Source: Chiloscyllium plagiosum (Eukaryota). Taken from it: a DNA stretch of 56,004 bases. A program made the position numbers and the translations under genes. The notes below the pieces were generated by a model. That model did no database searches. It was given only the letters and a program-made list of their open reading frames with translations, and was not told the DNA's origin. Below are positions 24,476 through 37,030 of this stretch, one piece after another; the stretch's first letter is position 1, and every line of letters begins with the position of its first letter. The stretch spans positions 8,562,773 to 8,618,776 of the forward strand of contig NC_057756.1 in assembly GCF_004010195.1 (NCBI RefSeq), given 5' to 3'.

Positions 24476-25019
24476 TCAAAGTTCTGCAATGTTGCTGCAT
24501 TCAGCCTTTAATGGTGGGGAACCATTCAACATCGAGTGGGCGGTGACTCCATGTCCATCCGTATCCTCAATGATGGGGAAACCTTTATTTGCTCAAAGAG
24601 AAGGTGAGAGAGAGAGGAGAAGAGAGCACCCATTGGTGATCATCTTCCCACATTTCTATTCATCCTGCAATGGGTCTTGCAGATTGGAAGCTTGAAGATG
24701 CTCCCTGCTTCTTTATGAAACAGTGCAGCACCCAATGGGGAAACCTGCCATTCTTCCCTAGTCTTGTCTATATGTGACTCCAGTCACACATTAACCTGGT
24801 GGACATTTATAACTGCCCCTTGAAATGTCACGTCATGTCAAGCAGTTTGCAATCAAGCCCCCAGACAGGAAAATTATCATTCCCACAAGCTTGTGCAGAA
24901 GTTCACTCTTGGGTGTCCTCTAGATAACCAGTACATCAAAAACTGGGACATTCCTTTGTAGGTACAGGGCAGCACCACTTGCTCCCCAAAGAACCCAGTA
25001 ACTGGGACAGGCGAGTCAC
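24476..25019 (-). pseudogene. Inverted pseudogene (B) of the IgV gene family: partial V exon plus terminal-exon copy
   Basis: From 25019 downward: acceptor CTTTTCCAG|GTGACTCG, GDSPVPVTGFFGEQVVLPCTYKG, then a frameshift and the conserved Trp TGG>TAG. 24476-24588 copies the exon at 43185-43297 with acceptor AG>AA. Intron flank 25020-25270 matches 30110-30352. Confidence 0.8.
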
Positions 25020-25489
25020 CTGGAAAAGATTGAAAGTATTTATCCCTGCTGGTACATTACGTCCCAAGCTTCACATGGTTACACTGCGATGCTGGATTTA
25101 CAAGAAGCTCTGATCAGTAACTCACTGCTTTCATTTCTGGGGGAAGGTTAAAGCTCAGACATTGAGGGTCTTCATCTAAAAGCAGCTTGTGCTGGATATT
25201 TGTCAGCACTGAGCAGCTGGACAGCACTTTGAATCACATGGTTTCCATTTGGACACACAATGGAAGAACACAGCTGGATACTGGTTACTACCCTCAGGAC
25301 CAGGGTGGGGGTTGGGGGCACAGCTAGAAGAGGTACAATATTGGCTGATGTCAAAGTGTTTTGAACAGGTTGTGATGGACGAGTGCATTGTGCAGGGATG
25401 GTCTGAAAGGGGCCAAGGGAATGTGGATCCGCACATCCCTCCACCACTGAACTGTCTGATCATACTCCTCCTCCCAATACACTCAGACT

Positions 25490-26590
25490 CTGCCTCCTCC
25501 CAGGACCCAAAGCCAAATGTCCTTCACCTCCTAAGGAAGTAGAGGCATTGTTGAGCTTTCAACACATCAACATGGGTGGATCCAGGGCAGATTGTGGGTG
25601 ATCAACACTGCCAGGAACTTAATGCTCTTGAACGTCTCCACCTCAGCTCCATTGATCCATGCCCTCCAATCTGCTTCCTGAAGTCAATGACCAAAACTAT
25701 TGTTTTCCTGGTGGTGATGAAGAGATTGTTGTCTTTACACTATGCTGCTAAGCACTCTATCTCTTCCCTGTACTCCATATCATCACTGTTTGAAATCTCA
25801 CCCACAATATTGCTGTTGTCAGCGAATTTGTGAATGGAGTTGGGGTGGAATTTGGCCACCGAGTTGTGAGTGTATAAGGGGAACAGTAGGGGGCTGAGGA
25901 AGCAGCCTTGTCAGGCACTGATGTTGGGTATTATGGTGGGGAATACTGATACCTATCCTCACTGATTGCAGTCTGTGGGTCATCACATCAAGGATCCAGT
26001 TACATAGGGGAGAGTGGAGACCTAGGTCTTAGAGTTTAGAGATTAATTTGTTTGGAATTCTGGTGTTGAAGGTGGAACTGAGGTCAATAAGTATCCTTGT
26101 TATCCAGAAATTCCGGGGTTGGAGTGCAGGAGCAGGGAAGTGGACTTATTGCATTGGTACTGCTGAAAATGTGTTGCTGGAAAAGCGCAGCAGGTCAGGC
26201 AGCATCCAAGGAGCAGGAGAATCGACGTTTCGGGCATGAGCCCTGCTCCTTGGATGCTGCCAGACCTGCTGCTCTTTTCCAGCAACACATTTTCAGCTCT
26301 GATCTCCAGCATCTGCAGCCCTCACTTTCTCCTTATTGCATTGGTAGGTGAATTGCAAAGGATTCAGCCAATTTGACAGGCCAAACTTCTCATGCTAATG
26401 GGGATCACTGTGGTAGTCATTGAGGCACGTTGCATGCAGTTGTTTGGTACCGAGATGATGGTGGTTTTCTTGAAGCAGGTGGGGACTTCAGACCGGAGCA
26501 AGGAGAGGTTAAAGATCTCAGCAATCCTCCCGCCAGCTGGTACGCACAGGATCCGCATGCACGGCCGGAGACACTGTCTGATGCAATCGG
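25490..26590 (-). mobile_element. Degenerate non-LTR RT fragments (Rex1/Babar-like), with a Penelope-type inverted remnant at 26160-26300
   Basis: Translation IFNLSLLRSEVPTCFKKTTIISVP; inverted arms at 26162-26218 and 26240-26298. Confidence 0.55.
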
Positions 26591-26639
26591 AGTCCTACAT
26601 GATGCCATGAGGGAAGTCACTCCCTTTCCGCTCATCTAT

Positions 26640-27480
26640 GCTGCTCAGGAGTTTTGTGTTTGAACTTTTAACCTGTGACGGAACGGCCCTAAAAGGACAT
26701 CACCCCACGCTGTATCAGAGGAAGGATGCGGGCTCTGGGCTCTCCCATTCTCATAGCGAGGGGGGGGGGGAGGGAGGGAAGGTGTGAGGGATCCGGGTGC
26801 AGCCTCTGTCGGGAAAAGCCGGGCCAAAGCTGCTCTCCCCTGAAGGGATTGCAATGAGACAATGATCCGAATGGGGACTGCCGGAAAACTGTGGGTCCAG
26901 AACCGGGAGAGCAGAGAGGAAAAAGGGGCATGAATTGGTGCACCCCTGTCTCCCCACAATGTAGGTCAGTCTGCAGTTTGTAACTTGTTTTTATGAATGA
27001 GCCAAATGACCGGGAGTGAACCCAGGGTTAGCTCTGGGCTGTATCTGACTGAGACACGATCCGCTCTCCCTCCAACATCGAGTTTTACCAAATGTTTCTC
27101 AGCAGCTTCTCGGTCTCCTGTCAGTGTCTGACCCTGATCCTGATCGCAGTCCCGGTCCCGGTCCCGGTCCCGGGAAAGGAGCTGCAGGTACTTACTGTCA
27201 GTGTCTCCCACCCGGGGACACCGAGGGAGGGAGGGAGGGGGATCTGGGGAAACTTTCTGAGCAGTGAATCACCTCTTTATTAAAAGGAAACGCTGACAAT
27301 CTCAGACACAGACAGAAAGGGCTGGGACTTCTCAGAAGTTTATAAAGTGATGTGTGAGTGAACTGAGGGAGAGCGGAAGGTTTGGGATTGAAATGGTTAA
27401 ACTGTAGGGGATCATTGTCAGAGGGCGGCCCCTGTCCGTCATCGCCCGGGGACAGGGCGGGATAATCAACCTGATCAGGA
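26640..27480 (+). promoter_or_regulatory. CpG-enriched promoter / exon 1 region of IgV gene C
   Basis: Local CpG enrichment around the first exon. Weak NF-kB-like motifs GGGAAAAGCC (26811), GGGGAAACTTTC (~27247), GGGACTTCTC (~27325). Confidence 0.45.
27092..27187 (+). CDS. Gene C exon 1 (N-terminal leader)
   Basis: ATG at 27092; MFLSSFSVSCQCLTLILIAVPVPVPVPGKELQ; donor CAG|GTACTT; phase 0 matches exon 2. Kozak context is weak. Confidence 0.55.
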
Positions 27481-27524
27481 AGGGAATCTGTTGGAAAGGG
27501 ACTGACTGTGTTTTCTTGTTGCAG

Positions 27525-27597
27525 GGACACAGCTCCCAGAAACTACTCCCCCCGCTGCTGCTGCTGCTGCTGCTAAATGTTGTTGCTGCTGTTTCAG
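27525..27597 (+). CDS. Gene C exon 2 (signal peptide)
   Basis: Acceptor TTTTCTTGTTGCAG; GHSSQKLLPPLLLLLLLNVVAAVS; donor CAG|GTCAGT; phase 1. Confidence 0.8.
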
Positions 27598-27704
27598 GTC
27601 AGTGCTGGGACATTTCAGCAGTGATCAAAGGCTTGAAGGGGAGGGTGTGGAGGAGAATCAGGAATCCCTCTTGCTTTAAGTTGCAAGTGGACCCATTCAG
27701 GCAA

Positions 27705-28670
27705 AAGTCAAAATGTGTGGCGCTGGAAAAGCACAGCCGGTCAGGTAGCCCGCGAGGAACAGGAGAGGTAATGTTTCGGACATAAGCCCTTCATCAGGAA
27801 TGTGCAGTGGTATGGGGCTGAGAGATGAATAGGGGGCTGGGGCTCAGGGGAAGGAAGGTGGGAAGGCGATAGGTGAATGCGGGTGGTGGGTAACTGTGAT
27901 AGGTCGGTGGGGAGGATGGAGTGGATAGGTGGGAAGGAACATGGACAGGTAGGACAGGCGGTGCTGAGTTAGAGGGTTGGATCTGGGATGAGGTGGCTGG
28001 AGGGGACTTTTGGAAAGCAGTGAAGTCGATGTTGATTCCGTGTGCTTGAAGGGTCCCAAGGTGGAAGTTGGGTGTTCTTGTTCGAGTTGGTGGGTGGCGT
28101 TGACTTGGTAGTGGAGGAGGCCCAGGGTTTGTATGTCCTTGGGGGAATGGGAGGGGTAGTTGAAGTGGTTGGCCACAGGGTGGTGGGGTTGTTTGGTGCA
28201 TGAGTCCCAGCGATGTTCCCTGAACTGCTCCTCATGTTTGCGTCCTGTCTCCCCAGTGTAGAGGAGACCACATCGAGTGCAGTGGACACAGTAGATGAGG
28301 TGGGTGGATGCACAGGAAATTCTCTGCTGGAGGTGGAAGGATCCTTTGGGGCCTTGGGTGGAGGTGAGGGGGGGGTGTGGTGTGGGCACAGGTTTTATAC
28401 CTTGTGTGGTGGCAGGGGAAGGTGGAGGGTGGGTTGGTTGACAGTGTGGATCCAACCACAATAAGGATAGAACCACCCTGCTCCTCACCTTCCCTCACAC
28501 CCTCACTAATCTCCAGAAATAGCATATGCAATTTCTGCCACCTACAGTCACAGCCCATCACCAAGGACATATTTCCCTCTCCACCCCGATCCGTGTTCCA
28601 CAGAGATCATTCCCTCCGCAATTCCCTCATTAGGTCCATGTGCCCCCCACCCCCAACAACCTCCCAAAGT
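27705..28670 (-). mobile_element. Penelope-like retroelement 3' fragment (GIY-YIG endonuclease + pLTR with hammerhead core)
   Basis: CASTHLIYCVHCTRCGLLYTGETGRKHEEQFREH...PVANHFN (PLE GIY-YIG). The - strand has CTGATGA-A-GGGC-TTAT-GTCC-GAAA at 27774-27797. Confidence 0.8.
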
Positions 28671-29356
28671 TACTGAAGATTTGGTTGGGAGATGTGGGGT
28701 AACTCTCCACACGGTGTCGGGTTGAGGGTTCTGCAGGTTCTGGGTAAATCATTCACCCTGTTCTGTTTTCTCTGGTCAGTGTCCTCAGGGTAGTACCCAT
28801 TCCTTGTGGGATGAGTCTTCCTTCTCTCTGGGGTTGGGGAGGGGGGAGAGAGAGAGATGCTCCCCTGATGTTCCAATCTTGTGGAGCTGCGTATCTCCTG
28901 TTTCTTCTTTCCTTTCCCCCATAGTTTGACACTGTTACCTTTCTGACGCTGCCCCAGTTTATACTGATTTCTCACTAATCGACTTACACACTGAATACAA
29001 ATGCAAACTGCCTTGATTGGTCTCACGTACAGAAAGCTTTGTTTAAATGTGTATTGTTTCACTGTCTTTCATGGAACTGGTATTGTGGGGTAATGGGAAG
29101 TCTTGATTTTAAATGTTATACAGTGCATGAACTGCCTTCCTTTGGACTCTGATATATTTTCTCTAATCTCAAATGATAGTACACATCTCTGGAGCAGATG
29201 GAATTTGAACCTGGTCCTTCTGGCTCAGTGGCAGGGACACTACCACTGCACGATAAGCTCCCTCCAATAGGCTCTGACCTCTCCTTGATGATATCAAACC
29301 AGTGGATATCACTGTCTTTCCCCAGCCAATTTTCAGTCAGTGATGAGGTGATTTAG

Positions 29357-29700
29357 GGCAGCACGATGGTTCAGTGGTTTGCACTGCTGTCTCTCAGCGC
29401 CAGGGACCCAGATTTGATTCCAGCCTCCAGCGACTGTCTGTGTGGAGTTTGCACATTCTCCTCGTGTCTGCGTGGGTTTCCTCCGAATGCTCTGGTTTCC
29501 TCTCACAATCCATAGATGTGCAGGTTAGGGTGAATTGGCCATGCTAAATTGTCCATAGTGTTTAGGGCAGCGTAGGTTAGGTGTATTAGTCAGGGGTAAA
29601 CATAGGATAGGGGAATGGGTCTGTGTGGGTTACTCTTTGGAGAATCGGTGTGGACATGTTGGGTCAAAGGGTTTGTTTCCACACTGTAGGGATTCCATGA
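29357..29700 (+). mobile_element. HE1-type SINE
   Basis: Head, core and tail match the other copies. Confidence 0.8.
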
Positions 29701-30352
29701 GGTGATCTGGGTGGAGGTGATTTTTAGTTGAGTATTTGAAACACTTCGTCCTTTCTGCTCTTGGGGCAAGAAGCTAGCCTTGTTTTAAACAGGGCCCCTC
29801 TTCCCGAAACCGGAGAGCCATTCAGGGATTGGGCTTTGGGTTCTGAGGTGAGGCTGAATCAGGCTGTTTTGGGAGGTGGGTAGGAGCAAGATCTGATGGG
29901 TGAGTGGTGGAGGGAGGTGAGGATTCACATTGCCTCATCCCTTGCCTAGTGTATTCATCTGTCACTGTCCTCCCAACCCTGTCCAAAACACATCCTCAGG
30001 TACCCCTCCCAACACCCATTCCTGATTTACCTTTTGAGAGTCAGTTCACGTGTGAGCTCCATCTCGCATTGTGTACCCTCCGACCATCAGCCCCCATCCA
30101 GCCCATATCCCAGTGTGTGTCCAAATGGGAACCATGTGATTCAAAGTGCTGTCCAGTGCTCAGTGCTGACAAATGTCCAGCACAAGCTGCTTTTAGTTGA
30201 AGACCCTCAATGTCTGAGCTTTAACCTTCCCCCAGAAATGAAAGCAGAGCTTCTTGTAAATCCAGTATTGCAGTGTAACCATGTGAAGCTTGGGATGTAA
30301 TGTACCAGCAGGGAGGGTCTACCTATGGATAAATACTTTCAATCTTTTCCAG

Positions 30353-30697
30353 GTGACACGCCTGTCCCAGTTTCTGGGTTCCTTGGGGAGCAGGTTGTGC
30401 TGCCCTGTACCTACAAAGGGAATGGCTCAGTCTCTGATTTATGGGTAATCTGGAGGACACCCAAGATGGAAACTTTATATGAGTTTCTCGATGGGAGTGA
30501 TGATTTGGCCCAACAAGATCCACGGTTCAGAAACAGAACAAACCTGTTCAAAGATCAACTGGAACAAGGCAACTGGTCAGTTCTGATCTCTGACCTCAGG
30601 GAGACAGACCAGGATGAGTATCAGTGTTACATTCACAAGAGAGTCAGTGTGCACCATTTTTTGGAGCAGCGTGATCGTGTCTATCTGTCTGTAAGAG
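30353..30697 (+). CDS. Gene C exon 3: Ig V-set domain, B7/butyrophilin (ICOSL/CD276/HHLA2-like)
   Basis: VVLPCTY, VIWR, QDPRFRNRTNLFKDQLEQGNWSVLISDLRETDQDEYQC. Canonical phase 1/1 splice sites CCAG|GT and AG|GTGAGA. Confidence 0.92.
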
Positions 30698-30959
30698 GTG
30701 AGAGCTATCTCCTTCAGATATTCGGTATTTAGTTTCTGATTTTATGTCTGTGGTGGTGCAGGAATTATGTCACTGTGGCACACACTAAATTATCTGTTAA
30801 AATAAAAATCTGGAAATAGCAAGTTGGTCCCAATAAAAGTGACCATGAAGCTATTGCATTGCTGTAAAACCCCAGTTACCTGAAGTTACTTTATTCACTT
30901 ATGGGGCATGGGCATTTATTGCCTGTCCCCAATTACCCCTTGAGAAGGCAGTGGTCAGC

Positions 30960-33895
30960 TATCTTATACAGTCAGAGTCAGACAGCACAGAAACACACCC
31001 TTCAGTCCAACCAGTCCATGTGGACCATAATCCCAAACTAAACTCGTCCCACCTGCCTGCCATTGGCCCATATCCCTCCAAACATTTCTTATTCATGTAC
31101 TTATCGAAACCATCTTTTAAATGTTGTAGCTGTACCTGCATCCACGACTTGCTCTGGAAGTTCATTCCACATCTCTTATAGAATCAGAGAGATGTACAGC
31201 ACAGAAACAGACTCTTCGTCCAACTTGTCATGCTGACCTGATATCCCAGCCTCATTTAATCCCATTGGCCCATATCCCTCTAAAAGGAAGAAACAGGAGG
31301 TACGCAGCTCCACAGGATTGGAGCACCAGGGCAGCATCTTTCTCACACTCTCTCTCTCTCTTCCTATGGCTGTATCCATCCAGATGCCTTTTAAATGCTG
31401 TCATTGTACCAGCTTCCACCACTTCCTCTGGCAGCTGTCCCTTGTCGTTTTTTAATCTTTTTCCTCTCATCAAAAAAAATGCCTCTGCCCTCAGGAAAAG
31501 ACACCTGCCATTCACCTTCTCTGTACCCCTCATTATAAAATGAACCTCTTTATGTTCACCTCTCAACCTCCTACTCTCTCGTGAAAAAGGTCTAAGCTTG
31601 TTCTTACAACTCAAATCCTCCATTTCCGGCATTCCCTCCATTCTGAACCCGCTCCAGCTTAACAATATCCCTCCTGTAACAAGGAGACCAGGACTGGGCA
31701 CAGTACTCCAGAAGAGGCCTCACCAACATCATATACAACCTCAACATGACATCCCAACTCCGACACTCAAAGATCTGAGCAATGAAGGCAAGCAAGAGAA
31801 ATGACTTGTTAACCACTTAACCTTCTTGAACTTCAGCATATGTCCTGTAGCAGGTAGACCAACAATGGCTTTAGAGTGAATTCCAGGATATTGACCCAGC
31901 CACAGTGAGGGAAAAGTGATGTATTTCCAAGTTAGGGGTTCAGTGGTTTGGAGGGGAACCTCCATGTGATGGTATTCTCATGTGTCTGCTGTTCTGTTGC
32001 TCCAGATGAAAGTGGCTGTAGGTTTGGAAGGTGCTGTCGAAGAGTGTCTGGTGAATTTTTGCAGTGCATGTTATGGAATGTACACACTGAGCATCAGTGA
32101 TGGAGGGAGTGGATGTTTGTGGATGTGATGCTGAGAAGGTAACGAAACAGGTGGATGAAGGTAAAGCGGTTGATGTGGTGTATATGGACTTTTAGTAAGG
32201 CCTTTGATAAGGTTCCATATAGTAGGCTATTGCACAAAATACAGAGTTTCAGTATTGAAGGTCATTTAGCGGTTTGGATCAGAAATTGGCTAGCTGAAAG
32301 AAGACAGAGTGATGTTTGATGGGAAATGTTCATCCTGGAGCTCAGTTACCGGTGGTGTGCCGCAAGAATCCTTTTTGGGGCCACTACTGTTTGTCATTTT
32401 TATTAATGATCTGGATGTGGGCACAGAAGGATGGGTTAATAAATTTGCAGATGACACTAAGGTAGGCAGAGTTCTGGATAGTGCCGAAGGATGTTGTGGG
32501 TGACAGAGGGACATAGATAAGATGCAGAGCTGGGTTGAGAAGTGGAAATGGAGTTTAAAGCGGAAAAGTGTGAGGTAGTTCACTTTGGAAGAAGTAACAG
32601 GAATGCAGAGAACAGGGCTAATGGTAAAATTCTTGGCAGTGTGGTTGAACAGAGAGATCTCAGTGTCCAGGTGCATAAATCCCTGAAAAGTTGCCACCTA
32701 GGTTGATAGGGTTGTTAAGAAGGCATATGGTGTGTTGGCATTTGTTAGGAGGATTGAGTTTTGGAGCCATGAGATCATGCTTCAGTTGTACAAGACACTG
32801 GTAAGGCTGCATCTGGAGTGTTACATGCGGTTCTGGTCACCGCATTATAGGAAGGATATGGAAGCTTTGGAAAGGCTTCAGAGGAGAATTACTAGGATGT
32901 TACCTGGTATGGAAGGAAGGTCTTACGAGGAAAGGCTAGGGAACTGAGGCTGTTTTCGTTGGAGAGAAGGTGGTTGAGAGGTGACTTAATCGAAACGTAC
33001 AAGATAATTAGAGGGTTAGATAAGGTGGACAGTGAGATCCTTTTCCTTGGATGGTGAAGGCTAACACAAGGGGACATAGTTTTAAATTGAGGGGTGATAG
33101 ATTTAGGACAGATATCAGGGGTAGTTTCTTTACTCAGAGTAATAGGGGCGTGGAAAGACCTGCCTGCAATAGTAGTAGACTCACTGACATTAACGGCATT
33201 TAAATGGGCATTGGACACACATATGGATAATAATGGAACGGTGTAGGTTAGGTGGGCATCAGATTAATTTCACAGGTCAGCGCAACATCAAGGGCCGAAG
33301 GGCCTGTACTGCACTAAAACGTTGTATGTTCCACGCCAGTCCAGCAGGCTGCTTTGCCCTGGATGGTATCAAGCTTCTTGAGTGTTGTTGGATCTGTACC
33401 CATCCAGGGCAAATGGGGAGTATTCCATCACAGTCCTGACTTGTGCCTTGTAGATGGTGGACAAGCTTTGGGGAGTCAGGAGGTGAACTACTTGCTGCAG
33501 TATTCCCAAACCCTGACCTACTCTTAGAGCCGACTTCTGGTCAATAGTAACCCCGAGGATGTTGAGTAGTGGGGTATTCAGTGATGGTAATGCCTTTGAA
33601 TATCAAGGAGCAGTAGTTCGATTTGTTTCTTATTGGATGATGCCTGGCATTTGTGTGATGTGAATGTTACTTGCCACTTATCAGCCCAAGCCTGGGTATT
33701 GTCTAGGTCTTGCTGCATTTGAACATGGACTGCTTCAGTGTCTGAAGAGTTGTGAATGGTGCTGAGCATTATGCAATCACCGGTGAATATCCCCACTACT
33801 CACTTTATGCTGGAGGATAGGTCATTGAGGAAGCAGCTAAAGATGATTGGGCCTGGAACACTATCCTGAGGATCTCCTGCAGAGATGTCCTGGAG
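30960..33895. mobile_element. Nested CR1/LINE fragments in gene C intron 3, including a + strand CR1 RT 3' half at 32130-33330
   Basis: GVPQESFLGPLLFVIFINDLD...KFADDTK; multiple CR1 3'-end pieces. Confidence 0.75.
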
Positions 33896-33899
33896 TAGT

Positions 33900-36090
33900 G
33901 CCACTCCCCCTCCTCTCTTGCCTCCCTTTCTATCCTTCCTGTAGCATTTGTATAAGGGATAGCATTACAGCTATGCTGAGGGAGGATATTCCTGGAAATG
34001 CATCCAGGGAAGTTATTTGGGTGAAACTGAGAAATAAGAAAGGGATGATCACCTTATTGGGATTGAATTATAGACCCCCTAATAGTCAGAGGGAAATTGA
34101 GAAACAAACTTGGAAGGAGATCTCAGCTATCTGTAAGAATAATAGGGTATTTATGGTAGGGAGTTTTAACTTTCCAAACATCGACTGGGACTGCCATAGT
34201 GTTAAAGGTTTAGATGGAGAGGAATTTATTAAATGCGTACAAAACAATTTTCTGATTCAGAATGTGGATGTACCTACTAGAGAAGGTGCAAAACTTGACC
34301 TACTCTTGGGAAATAAGGCAGGGCAGGTGACTGAGGTGTCAGTGAGGGAGCATTTTGGGGCCAGCGACCATAATTCTATTCGTTTTAAAATAGTGATGGA
34401 AAAGGAGAGACCAGATCTAAAAGTTGAAGTTCTAAATGGAGAAAGGCCAATTTTGACGGTATTAGGCAAGAACTTTCGAAAGGTGATTGGAGGCAGATGT
34501 TTGCAGGTAAAGGGACGGCTGGAAAATGGGAAGCCTTCAGAAATGAGATAACAAGAATCCAGAGAAAGTATATTCTGTCAGGGTGAAAGGAAGGGCAGGT
34601 AGGTGTAGGGAATGCTAGATGACTAAAGAAAAAGAAGAAGCATATGTCATGTATAGACAGGATAGATCTAGTGAATCCTTAGAAGAGTATAAAGGAAGTA
34701 GGAGCACACTTAAGAGGGAAATCAGGAGGGCAAAAAGGGTACACGAGATAGCTTTGGCAAATAGAATTAAGAAGAATCCAAAGAGTTTTTACAAATATAT
34801 TAAGGACAAAAAGGTAACTCGGGAGAGAATAGGGCCCCTCAAAGATCAGCAAGGCGGCCTTTGTGTGGAGCCACAGAAAATGGGGGAGATACTAAATGAA
34901 TATTTTGCATCAGTATTTACTGTGGAAAAGGATATGGAAGATATAGACTGTAGGGAAATAGATGGTGACATCTTGCAAAATACTCCCTGGAATATCCTCC
35001 CTCAGTACAGACATAATGTTATCCCTAATCAAAAACCCTACTGCCCCATCTCTCTCGACCCTTTCTCTATTCTTCCTGTGACATCTATATCCTGGAACAT
35101 TAAGCTGTCAGTCTTGTCCATCCCTGAGCCACGTTTCTGTAATAGCTATGATATCCCAGTCCCATGTTCCCAACCATGCCCTGAGTTCATCTGCCTTACC
35201 TGTTAGGCCTCTTGCATCGAAATAAATAGTTAAATTTATCAGTCCTACCTCATTCTCTGCTTTGTTCCTGTCTGCCTTGACTTTTGGACTTGCTCTGTTT
35301 CCCAACTGCACCAGCCTGAGACTGATCTCTCTTCTCACTATCTTTCTTGGTCCCCCTGCCCCTTACTCATTTAAATCCTGGGTAGCTCGAGCAAATATTC
35401 CCACCAGTATTTTAGCCCCCTTCCAGTTCAGGTTCAATCCGTCCTTCTTATAGAGGTCACTTCTACCCCAGAAAAGATTCCAATGATCCAAAAATGTGAA
35501 TCCTTCTCCCATACACCAGCTCCTCAGCCATGCATTCATCTGATCTATCCTCCTGTTCCTACTCTCCCTAACACGTGGCACTGGAGTAATCCAGATTTTA
35601 CAATCCCTGAGGACCTACATTTTAATCCCCTCCCTAATTTCCTCTATTCTCTCCTCAGAACCTCATCCTTTTCTCTTCCTATGTTTTTGGTTCCAACAAC
35701 AACCTCCTGCTGGTCCCTCTCCCGTTTGAGAATATTCTACACCTTCTCCGAGACATCCTTGATCCTGGCACCAGGGAGGCAACACACCATTCTGATATGT
35801 TGTTATTGGCTGCAGAAACGTCTGTCTATGCTTCGGACTAGAGAGTCCCTTATCGTAGTCAATCGCGTGGAATCTGGCGTACCCCTCTTTACATTAGAGC
35901 CAGTCTCAGTACCAGAAACTATCAGTGTTACAGCCCCCTGAGAGTCCATCACCCCCTGCATTTTCCAAAACAGTCTACTTGTTTGAGATGGGGATAGTCA
36001 CAGGAGACTCCTGCACTACCTACCTACCCATCCTCCCTTTCTTTGAGGTAACCCATCTCCTGTATCTGTGGTTTTTCTCCCTTCCTGAAA
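33900..36090. mobile_element. Rearranged CR1: + strand endonuclease region (33950-34980) joined to - strand ORF1 esterase / EN start (34981-36090)
   Basis: YRPPNS...GSFNFPNIDW...LDLLL...SDHNSI on +; NAWLRSWC...LYKKDGL (SGNH esterase ORF1) and IIAITETWL on -. Confidence 0.75.
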
Positions 36091-36370
36091 CTGATACATT
36101 TTAAAATGGAGGTGTCACTGAACTGTATGAGCTAATGAGAGTCAGCGAGTAACAGTGGGTGATGTGAAAGGGACTTACTGCAGGGTTATGTTAAAAGGAC
36201 AGCAGAGTTTGGGGTGGACTGGAGGCAATGTGATACATTGACCAGGAGAATATTGGAACAGCTGTATCATAAAGAAAAAGATGAGGGTTTCAGCAGTTGA
36301 TGAGCTCAGAGGGAGGGAAGTGGAAGGTAGACATTAGATCTGTTTCACATTTCACTGTTGTGTTTTCCAG

Positions 36371-36439
36371 TTCATTCAACCCAAGGCCAAAGTGAAACCC
36401 CTGAAGCAGGTCATGGTGAGCGACTCAATACAACTGAAG
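36371..36439 (+). CDS. Gene C exon 4 (stalk); alternative donors after 36415 and 36439
   Basis: Acceptor TGTTTTCCAG; (V)HSTQGQSETPEAGHGERLNTTE; donors ATG|GTGAGC and AAG|GTAACC, both phase 1. Confidence 0.7.
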
Positions 36440-36699
36440 GTAACCCCCTTTGAAAGTGTATAATGCTGGGGGAGGCACAAAGGGGTGGATCAATGAGTAC
36501 AGCTAACCTCTGACCTCTAAGTCTGAAGGTCACAGGGTCAAATCCCTCTTTTTTAGACCCTGGGAAAAACAAGGGCGCTCACACCCTGCTGCTGCGGGCC
36601 CTGAAGGAGCACCACCCCATTGGGGGAGGAGCAGTACAGTGGGGGAGCACTATATTGTCATAGAGGGTGCAGTACATGGGCATCTGTCAGGGAGATGAT

Positions 36700-37030
36700 G
36701 GTACAGTGGGGGAATGCCACACTGTCAGGGGGAGGGTGGGATTGGGGGGGAATGTCACACTATCAGGGATGGGGGCACACCTCAGTGAAAGGGTGGGACT
36801 GGGGCGCGGGTGCCACACTGTTGGGGAGAGGGTGGGACTGGGGCGGCACACTCAGGGGAGGGTGGTACTGGGGGTGTGCCACATTGTCAGGGAGAGGGTG
36901 AGACTTGGGGAGCTCCACCCTGTCAGGGAGAGGGTGGGACTGGGGCGAAGGTACCACACTGTCAGGGAGAGGGTGGGACTGGGGCGAAGGTGCCACACTG
37001 TCAGGAAGAGGGTGGGACTGAGGCGAGTGG
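36700..37030. repeat. G-rich tandem repeat (TGCCACACTGTCAGGGAGAGGGTGGGACTGGGG)
   Basis: About 8 degenerate copies. Confidence 0.8.

Noticed and set aside
24489-24695. Conserved ORF MLLHSAFNGGEPF... (also 43078-43359)
   Set aside because: It is the antisense reading of the duplicated candidate terminal exon.
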